From Mesotaenium endlicherianum (taxonomy: Eukaryota), in NCBI GenBank assembly GCA_009602735.1, contig WELA01003159.1, positions 80,173-114,685 on the forward strand: a stretch of DNA of 34,513 bases, read 5' to 3'. Made by a program: the position numbers and the translations under genes. The notes below the pieces were generated by a model. That model did not search any database and was not told the origin of the DNA. It worked only from the letters and a program-made list of their open reading frames with translations. Below, in pieces: positions 1-8,665 of the stretch. Within the stretch, counting starts at the first letter, position 1. Each line of letters starts with the position of its first letter.

Positions 1-625
1 CCCGCGTCCCCAACCCCCAGCGCCCCACCCCGAGCCGGGAGAAGAGCAAGAAGATGATGGCATGAGTACTGCTGCCGAGGTTGCCCCTTGCATGGCGAAG
101 AGACGCTGCTGACGTGGCACCGCCAGAAGAAGCTGATCCCCCCGCGCGGGGCACACGCGTGCGCGGGCGGCTGATCTCGTCCCATCCCGTCGCATCCCGT
201 TTCATCTCGTTCCATCTCAGAGCTTGCAGGCGCAGGACGCCGCCAGTAAGACGCAGCCAGCCCTTCCTGCTTGCTGCTGCCGCACCCCTTCTCACTCAAG
301 CCTGCCTGTGCCTCTGCCAGCCTCTGCGTGCCTGCCTGCTCCTCCTTCCTTTGCTCGTTCCCACAAGAGAACCGCCGCCGCAACGACCCCTCCCCTCCCC
401 TCCCCCGTTCAGAAGCCCACCCTTCGTCCCTCCCTCCCCCCCCTCCTCCCTCACTAAAGAAAAGTGTCAGGCGACAGAAAGGACCGCCCCCGGCCACAGG
501 GTGGCTCCCGTCACACACAGAGCCGACGGCAGGGCAGACAAGCAGGCAGGCCAGCGGGGCCACACAAGCAAGCGCGCGCGCCCCGCCCCGCCCCGCCTCA
601 CCTCAGGGCCCAAAAGAAGGAGCTG

Positions 626-655
626 CATGGCATGGCATGGCATGGCATGGCATGG
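626..655. repeat. (CATGG)6 pentanucleotide microsatellite
   Basis: catggcatggcatgg... read directly; explains the MAWHG repeats in spurious ORFs. Confidence 0.95.
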
Positions 656-719
656 CACGAGCACAGCGGCGCTCCTTCCAGCTCCTCTCACGTGCTCGCT
701 CGTGTACACGTTGACATTT

Positions 720-1606
720 NNNNNNNNNNNNNNNNNNNNNNNNNNNNNNNNNNNNNNNNNNNNNNNNNNNNNNNNNNNNNNNNNNNNNNNNNNNNNNNNN
801 NNNNNNNNNNNNNNNNNNNNNNNNNNNNNNNNNNNNNNNNNNNNNNNNNNNNNNNNNNNNNNNNNNNNNNNNNNNNNNNNNNNNNNNNNNNNNNNNNNNN
901 NNNNNNNNNNNNNNNNNNNNNNNNNNNNNNNNNNNNNNNNNNNNNNNNNNNNNNNNNNNNNNNNNNNNNNNNNNNNNNNNNNNNNNNNNNNNNNNNNNNN
1001 NNNNNNNNNNNNNNNNNNNNNNNNNNNNNNNNNNNNNNNNNNNNNNNNNNNNNNNNNNNNNNNNNNNNNNNNNNNNNNNNNNNNNNNNNNNNNNNNNNNN
1101 NNNNNNNNNNNNNNNNNNNNNNNNNNNNNNNNNNNNNNNNNNNNNNNNNNNNNNNNNNNNNNNNNNNNNNNNNNNNNNNNNNNNNNNNNNNNNNNNNNNN
1201 NNNNNNNNNNNNNNNNNNNNNNNNNNNNNNNNNNNNNNNNNNNNNNNNNNNNNNNNNNNNNNNNNNNNNNNNNNNNNNNNNNNNNNNNNNNNNNNNNNNN
1301 NNNNNNNNNNNNNNNNNNNNNNNNNNNNNNNNNNNNNNNNNNNNNNNNNNNNNNNNNNNNNNNNNNNNNNNNNNNNNNNNNNNNNNNNNNNNNNNNNNNN
1401 NNNNNNNNNNNNNNNNNNNNNNNNNNNNNNNNNNNNNNNNNNNNNNNNNNNNNNNNNNNNNNNNNNNNNNNNNNNNNNNNNNNNNNNNNNNNNNNNNNNN
1501 NNNNNNNNNNNNNNNNNNNNNNNNNNNNNNNNNNNNNNNNNNNNNNNNNNNNNNNNNNNNNNNNNNNNNNNNNNNNNNNNNNNNNNNNNNNNNNNNNNNN
1601 NNNNNN
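720..1606. other. Assembly gap (N run); may hold further kinase exons
   Basis: N run with a poly-C tract on its right flank. Confidence 0.99.
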
Positions 1607-2079
1607 CCCCCCCCCCGGGGCACCCCCCGGGGGCAGCAGCTAAAGGAGCTCTGACACTCTCGCATGCTTGACAAGTGGCAGCCCTGGAGCACGTCCGCCT
1701 GCACATCCCCCTGGATGAAGTCTCTTGCAGAGGCAAGAGAGGTCCTCAAGGAGGTGCACAGGTGGCCTCATGGCTACAATCCGCACGGGCCTACCCTTCT
1801 GTAGCGTACACATGTCGTGCATGCGTGCGAGGCCAATCCTCTGGGGTGCAAGCGACATGTGTCGGCCTGGGGACACGAGGGGAGGAGAAGGAAAAAGCCG
1901 CTGCTCATGTCGTGACGTGACATGTGGCGACATCAAGGACCTGGCAAGGCCAAGCCGCGCCTGCGCTTGAAGGAGCACCGTAGGATCCTGGAACATCTGC
2001 ATCCTGCAATTCTTAGGGGGAGCTCCGTCCCCAGAGAGGAGTCTGTTGTGAACAGGCAGCGCTGGGTGTGAACAGGCAC

Positions 2080-2553
2080 CTTGAGGGCAACAATCTCGCC
2101 CGTGACATTGTCGGTGGCACGGCAGACGTCGCCATAGGAGCCAGCTCCGATATGCTCGTGTATGGTGTACTGCTTGGCCACTGCAGGCAGCTCAATCATT
2201 TGTGTGTGAACACCACCCCGTCAATCCCCGCTGACAGTGGCAACCTGCCTGGGCCTAACCGCCGTGGATATGCGCTAAGATGCATCAGAAAAACAGCAAG
2301 CGCCTCCCCTGCTGAGAGAGTCAACACAGTTCTTCACAAAAGAGATGTGCAGAACCTGAGCTCTCTCCTTGCTTCCAAACACCTCCTCCCCCGAACTAAT
2401 GACACCGATAAGCTGAGCAGAAAGTTGTACTTTCTGCGGAGGCAGACGAAAAGGCCACCATGCGCTTGCGATGTGCTTACCAGGCCAAGGCTTGCCTCTC
2501 ACGTGATAGATACCATTGACAGCATCATATTCGATCGCCTCTGTCAACGCCAT
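2080..2553 (-). CDS. MAP-kinase-like (CMGC) Ser/Thr kinase, first two coding exons; rest not visible
   Basis: Exon 1 2553-2481 (ATG...CCTG|gtaagc, phase 1) and exon 2 2180-2080 (ctgcag|TG...AAG|gtgcct) splice to MALTEAIEYDAVNGIYHVRGKPWPVAKQYTIHEHIGAGSYGDVCRATDNVTGEIVALK. This has the GxGxYG loop, the MAPK-type VC.A.D..TGE.VA.K motif and the catalytic Lys. Confidence 0.8.
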
Positions 2554-5149
2554 ATTGTCAACCACCTCGCCCCTGTGTTCGCGCCGCACCAGAGACCCTT
2601 TCAGTCGCAAGTCATGCTCAACTTAGTGTCGGAGATCATGTATTGCACTTGATGCGACATATAAGCCTACTTGGCACCTGCCTTCAAGTACCGGTCCTTG
2701 GTATCCCGCCTCGAACACAAGTTCAAGCATTTGAACTCACATCCTTACGTCTCAAGTACATGTAATATACGGTAGGCACATGCAAGACCACTTTCTACCT
2801 GAAATGAAACGCCCGAATGGCTCCTGCAAGCCTCAGTATGCATTAGATCGACCACACCCGCCCAACAAAATGATTTAAACCCCTGACACTAAAGAGGAAA
2901 ATTATAGCTGAAAGCGGCATTCTCGCAGTGGAGAAAACGAGATGAAATCTTACCACGCCAAGCCCAAGCAACGGGCCAGAGTCTTAGCGGAGCTACAAAT
3001 CTTGCATGACTACAAGACGACGCTCACCATGACAATTGGAGATGGAAAGTACGCAAAGAGGGTCCAAAGCTCTCAAATCAGTCGAGGGCCATGCCATGGA
3101 CAAGAAAAGACAGCCAACTGTTGCTTACGACCACTGCTGCGGAGTTCTACAGTGCGGACGTCGTTGCTTCGGCCTTCGTGACTTGGTCCACTTGCGATCG
3201 ATATAGCGCAATGAGTGGAAGATGCCTGAGCCAACCCGAGCCCTTTCGTTCGCTGGCTGGAAGGCGAGCAAGGGTATGGGGCGTGCCAGGGCGTTGTCGA
3301 CTACGTCGTCACCAGCGGAGCGATCGGGAGAGAGAGCAGGGAAATTCTGCGATGTTGAATGTCGTTGACTAGCAACCTGCCCAAATCTATTTGTGTTAAA
3401 TTGATGCATTCTATTAAACATGTGTCATAATGCCGGGCAAAAGGTTACTTCTCATATTGCTTATCTTCCGGGGATCGATTGTATAGAAAGCGTGCAAGGC
3501 ACACCAAAAAACCATGGGCTGATAGCTCCCTCCGAACTTTTGGCGTTCATTGCGAAACTTTTTCGATTGCGCCATAAAATTGGATTTTTCTAATTTTTAA
3601 GCCCAGTTTCACCCTGAGAATGATCGATGGGTGGTTGGCGAATTTTTCATCTTTCCAAAGGATGGCGCGGGATGGTCCAGGCAAACTCTTCGGTGAAGTG
3701 TCGTGCAAAAATTGAAAAAAGACCCTCACAGACAACGCGACACTTTCCACCTCTAAAAACTTGTGGAAACGTGTTTTGGGGCCCCACCCCTTTGCAAAGA
3801 TGGCACTCCTCCATCCGCTCAAGTATGAGTCACTACTAGTAAGTTCCTTCTTCTCGCATTCACCTCCGTCAGCTATCTCCGTCTCTACGCAAGTTAAATT
3901 GCAACAGTCCTTAGTTAGTACAGTGATCTTCATCGACGGCTTTCATTTTGCCTTTAGTTGCGCCCAACCTCAACCCATCAAATGACCAATTTCGATGAAG
4001 GCCGCTAGAACACAACAACCATGGACGTCTGAAAGTATGTATCCCCAGGCTTTTTTTAGTTTGCCTTCTAAAACTTAAGTTCTTTGTTGATTTATGTTGG
4101 GGGTCTTGCAAGTTCTGTTGTGGGGTGGTTTTTTTGTGGAATGGGTGTCAAAGGATGTGCAAGGCAAGTGAGTGACGGTGGCCTGGTGCTCTCGACAGCA
4201 AACGTGCCCGAACTTCGAACTGGATAGCTATTGCATGTGCTTGCTCCTTTCCCTTCCTTCTCCCTTCCTCCCTCGTTACATGCGGAGAGAAGGCAGGCGG
4301 AGTTTCGGATGGCACTTGCTGCACCGCCTTTGATCAATCAAACTCCTGCTCAGGGACCTCTTATTGCTCAGACACCTGGTATCCTCTCTTTTCTGCCCGG
4401 TTTGGCCTGCTGGGTAGGCAGCATCAGGATGCATCGTTTGACCAGGGAAGTTATCACCTTGAAATAATATTTGCAATAGAAGTGGAAGTGTCTTCTTCAA
4501 GCACGTTTTGGGACGTCAGACTTGTGGATGTGATCTTGTTGCATCTCATGTGCTTGGGTTGAGCATTCACGAGCTACCTAGTTAAAGGGTATGGGGAAAT
4601 TTGCGAGAGTCATTGTGTGCTCATATGGACCAATAGAAAAAGAACACTGCGTGTCATAAGACGTTCAATTTGGTTCAGAATTGGTCAACCATTTTTCTAA
4701 GGGGGGCGGGAGGGGAAGGAGGGAAGGTGGTTTTTGTTTCTCACAAGCATGCTTGCTGTTTTTTAGGCAAGAATTGAAACTTTTTCTGGCCAGATGCTTC
4801 AGAAGCAACAGGGAATAAGTCTCGCGTACAAAACCTCTAGCCACTCCCTGTTGCCTTTGAGCCGCACAGGGCCTTGCCCCGCCCCACTCCACCACAAACC
4901 CACTCCAACCCCTGGCCTCGTCGACTGCACGAGGGGGTGGTCCTGGGGGCCCTCTCTCTTGAGGGGTCGGCGGGGAGGCCAGAGAGATGCCCGGGAGGGA
5001 GGGAAGAGGTTAGGGAGGGAGTTGCAAAGAGTGTGCGACTGCCTGCACTGCACCACAGTCCACAAAAGATGGAATGCTAGACTCGGTAGGGCGCTGCGCA
5101 CAAACAGCGAGCCCGTGTGATGGCCGTGCCTTTGCAATACTCCCAATCT

Positions 5150-5284
5150 CCTAGCCTTCCCCCCGGCCTTAGTCCTAGCCTTAGCCCCTAGGCCCCTAGC
5201 CTTAGCCCTAGGCCCCTGGCCCAAACCCTAGGTTTAGGTCTAGGATTAAGCCCCAAGCCTAGCAGCCCTACTGATAACCCTAAG
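5150..5284. repeat. Degenerate telomere-like CCTAG/CCTTAG/CCCTA array
   Basis: cctagccttagcccctaggcccctagccttagccctagg...; AAACCCTA at 5223-5230. Confidence 0.6.
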
Positions 5285-5317
5285 TGCTGATCTGCGGCTG
5301 TCGGGGGCCTGGGGCAG

Positions 5318-5520
5318 GCGCTGGGGCACCACGGGAGGTGGGCCGGATGGACGCTGCACGGGGGGAGCGAGCAGGGATCGTTGGGAGTACCTGGAGAGCC
5401 GGGGGTGCCATACCACCTGTTGCACGACGACGGTACCCCGTGGACGACAAGCAGAGCACGCTGCCAGTGCCGCGCGCCAAGTGGTTTGCCTACGGGGGCG
5501 ACCGGTCCGGCCGCTCCCAG
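5318..5520 (+). pseudogene. Orphan exon-like fragment, probably frameshifted; product unknown
   Basis: Bounded by gcag| and CAG|gt; GC3-rich codon runs switch frame at short homopolymers (see findings). Confidence 0.3.
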
Positions 5521-5973
5521 GTGCACTCTGAGAGCCCTGGGCCCTCAAAACTGAAATGCACTACTTTGCCCCTACTTGTCTAGCGGCGCTTCTCTTTACC
5601 AGCTGTCCCACGCTTCGCCCCTCTCCCCGCCTCCCTCCCTCCTCCCTCCTCGCTCCCCTCTCCCGCTCCCCTCCCTTGCCTAGTCCCCTTCCCTTCTCTG
5701 CTATCCCCCCAAGGCTGTTGCACTAGCAGCAGCATGCATAACCGTCACCTGTGGGCCCTGGTCCACGGGGGCCATCCATGGCAGCCCGCCCCCCCAAGCC
5801 TCCCCTGGACTTTCTGCTCGTGGCCGAGCCCGTGCGCGCATGCACGTTCTCTCGCGCGCGCCCTCTTATGTAAGCGCGTTCTTGGGTGCGGATGTGCAGC
5901 CGAGAATGTGCTCGTGGAGAGACAGGTTGGAGGAGGAGGTGAGCATCCGCTCGCCCCTGCCCCCTCCACGGGA

Positions 5974-6081
<108 letters not shown>

Positions 6082-6389
6082 GCACTGGCAGGTGCTGCCA
6101 TACGTCGGGGGATTGTTGGGATTGCAACAGCAGCATACTTGTCTCTCTCTATTCTTCTCCCTGTTTCTCTCCCGCTCTTCCCTCTTTCCCTCTCTCCCTC
6201 TTTCTCTCTTCTCTCGACAATTCTTCCCCCCTTTATGTGTGCTTGCGGCTGTTGTAATGTCTTGGGGGGTCGTCAAGGCTACTGCTTCAGGCTTGTCTCG
6301 CTCTTTCTCTCCCCCCTTCTCTCTCTCGCGCTCTTTCTTCATCTTTCTGTCCTCTTTCTCCCCCCTCCCCTTCCCCTCCCCTTCCCCCT

Positions 6390-6696
6390 NNNNNNNNNNN
6401 NNNNNNNNNNNNNNNNNNNNNNNNNNNNNNNNNNNNNNNNNNNNNNNNNNNNNNNNNNNNNNNNNNNNNNNNNNNNNNNNNNNNNNNNNNNNNNNNNNNN
6501 NNNNNNNNNNNNNNNNNNNNNNNNNNNNNNNNNNNNNNNNNNNNNNNNNNNNNNNNNNNNNNNNNNNNNNNNNNNNNNNNNNNNNNNNNNNNNNNNNNNN
6601 NNNNNNNNNNNNNNNNNNNNNNNNNNNNNNNNNNNNNNNNNNNNNNNNNNNNNNNNNNNNNNNNNNNNNNNNNNNNNNNNNNNNNNNNNNNNNNNN
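6390..6696. other. Assembly gap (N run)
   Basis: N run between C-rich flanks. Confidence 0.99.
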
Positions 6697-7009
6697 CCCC
6701 CCCCTTCCTCTTTGTGTTTGAGTGTGTGTGTGTATGTGTGTTGCTTGCTGCTGCCACTTGTCTAAATTTTTGTCATGTCTTTCTCGCCTCTTTTTTTCCT
6801 TTTTTCTCTCCTCCCGCCCCCCTCTCGCTCTTTCTCTTTGTGTGTGTGTCCCGGCATCTGCTGCCGTACGTCGAGATGCCACCGTACGTCGGTTGGTGCT
6901 CGGGGATGCTGCAGCCTGTGCCACTTGTCTCGCACTCTTCCTCTTCCAACCTCGTTCTCTCTCCTCTATCTCCCTTCTTCTCCATCTCCCTCTCCTCCTC
7001 TCCTCTCTC

Positions 7010-8398
7010 TCAAATGTCCTCTGGGGATTTCTGTCTGTGTCTGCTGCCCAGTACCGTCAGATCAGCTTCTTCCCCTGCTTGGGCAGGTGGGCTGGGGGAG
7101 CGAGCGCGGGGTCCAGTTGTTGCCATAACGGGGATCACATTCCACACACCTGATCGTGGTTCTTTAGGAAGTGCCACTGCCTGTCCCTGGGTATCCTGAG
7201 TACCCGTTGCTGATGCTTCTCCTCTGCCTTGTTCTCCTTCCTCATCCTCCTCATCCTCCTCTTCGGAGAGAGTAGGGGTCTCGTCCACTAAGTCGTCCTG
7301 CTCCCTAGTAGACATGGAGTAGTCTACCGACCTCCCTTTCTTAGGGCGCGCTGGAGGTTGCTTGGCCTTCAGCCTACTGATATCTATCCGGCCTGCGTTC
7401 TTTGCCCATTTGACAAAGGCATGCTTTCCCTTAGAGAAGTACTCTCTTCCCCTCCTCCTATGTTCCTTGGTCTCTGCATTCATATTGCTCAGGCATCCAT
7501 TCAGCCTGGGGTCCCAAGGGGCAATGTGAGGTGGTAGGATGAGATAGCCGTCTAGGCCATAGTGGAAGTCATCCGGTTGGGCTCGGTCACACTCCTGCTT
7601 CTTATTTGTGACGGTCATCCACCTCCAGTCTGTTGGCTGCTGGTAGTACTGGGGTCCGTGCTCAGCCTTCCTCAGTTTACACGGGAACCAGTGGGGAGAG
7701 AACATCTGCTGTCCTGCTTCCCTGGCCAAGTACTCCCAGCTCCTTCTCTCAACTTCATTGTAAGCTGGCAGGAGTGTGAGGTAGAATACCGTATCCTTAA
7801 AGCTATCGGGCCGCATGCTCACCATCCGGATGAGTCTCTGATCTCCCACTATTCCCGGTATGGGGACCGGCTTGTCCTCTGAATCATCTGCGAGATACCG
7901 GGCCTGCTCTGCTGTATAGCCCACCATCTTAGCATAATCTTCGTAAAGGACCACGCCGGTGTGTGTCTCGATGTACCTGTCCAGTGCTGTAGCTCCTTCC
8001 TTCTGTAGCAGTGTTGTCTGTTCCAGCCTGTTGATCTCCTGGGCTGCCAGCAATGCTTCCTTCAGGTTATCGAAGTTTTGGCCACCCACCACAGTATACC
8101 TGTAAGTGGCCAAGCTCTTCTGTCTGTCCGCTTCAATCTTTCTTCTTTTCTCCTCTTCTGCCGCTGCCGCTTCTTCTTGCTGTTTCTTCTGTCTCTCCTC
8201 CTCAGCCTTCCTGAGGTTTTCCGCTTCCTGATCCTTCTTCCTCTGTGCCTCTTCTGCCGCCTCTTGTTGTTTGCGGACCCTTTCTTGTTCTCTCCTGGTG
8301 AGGGACGTCGCCGCCAGCTCCTTCTGGTATTGCTCCATTGTCCTCCTGGCTTCTTCTGCCTTGCGCTTTCTGTCCTCCTTTTGTGTGGTGGGCGCCAT
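7010..8398 (-). CDS. Retrotransposon ORF3, 462-aa protein of unknown function (charged helical N-terminus, aromatic/Pro-rich core, basic then acidic tail)
   Basis: Long ORF on the same strand as pol, ATG 267 nt after the pol stop. ATG 8398 directly follows a TGCAG|G acceptor, with TACTAAC at 8429-8423. The ORF-track start at 8422 is a TTG inside the putative intron. Confidence 0.75.
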   Translation of the reverse strand: MAPTTQKEDRKRKAEEARRTMEQYQKELAATSLTRREQERVRKQQEAAEEAQRKKDQEAENLRKAEEERQKKQQEEAAAAEEEKRRKIEADRQKSLATYRYTVVGGQNFDNLKEALLAAQEINRLEQTTLLQKEGATALDRYIETHTGVVLYEDYAKMVGYTAEQARYLADDSEDKPVPIPGIVGDQRLIRMVSMRPDSFKDTVFYLTLLPAYNEVERRSWEYLAREAGQQMFSPHWFPCKLRKAEHGPQYYQQPTDWRWMTVTNKKQECDRAQPDDFHYGLDGYLILPPHIAPWDPRLNGCLSNMNAETKEHRRRGREYFSKGKHAFVKWAKNAGRIDISRLKAKQPPARPKKGRSVDYSMSTREQDDLVDETPTLSEEEDEEDEEGEQGRGEASATGTQDTQGQAVALPKEPRSGVWNVIPVMATTGPRARSPSPPAQAGEEADLTVLGSRHRQKSPEDI

Positions 8399-8399
8399 C

Positions 8400-8429
8400 C
8401 TGCACATGTAACCAGGGCACAAGTTAGTA
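8400..8429 (-). promoter_or_regulatory. Branch point (TACTAAC) and 3' splice acceptor for ORF3
   Basis: Minus strand reads TACTAACttgtgccctggttacatgTGCAG|GATGGCG; branch A is 24 nt from the acceptor G; a second TACTAAC lies at 8473-8467. Confidence 0.65.
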
Positions 8430-8665
8430 GGATATGGACCTTTGTCATAGGGATTGCAGGAAGTATGTTAGTATTTAGTATAGTGGCTTCGCTGCTGTTT
8501 ACCTTACAGGATGATTGCTAAAAGTTGACGTAGTTGCGATGCGCTACACATAAACGTATGAGTGTGTTTTTATCGCTCTCGCTCACTAACTGTCATATAT
8601 TTTCCCCTCCAACTTAAATGGAGACAGGACCGCCTGTCACCTTCCCGTGTCAACTGAAATGACAG

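Noticed and set aside
81..1749. Long ORFs spanning N runs (also 5734-6924, 23807-24483, 25258-26800)
   Set aside because: Length is due to gaps and microsatellites; no protein motifs beyond the exons already called
1640..2002. MFQDPTVLLQAQARLGLARSLMSPHV as the next kinase exon (GLAR resembles DFGLAR)
   Set aside because: No alphaC Glu and no DFG; wrong position in the domain; likely intronic coincidence
3422..4659. 9-bp direct repeat GTGTCATAA as a Mutator-type TSD
   Set aside because: No terminal inverted repeats inside and no transposase
7010..8398. Calling ORF3 an env gene
   Set aside because: No signal peptide or transmembrane segment; only the position and splice signals are env-like
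8653..8662. ACTGAAATGA, identical to the LTR/PBS junction (13962-13971), as a 3' LTR remnant
   Set aside because: Only 10 bp, embedded at the pol stop, with no further homology
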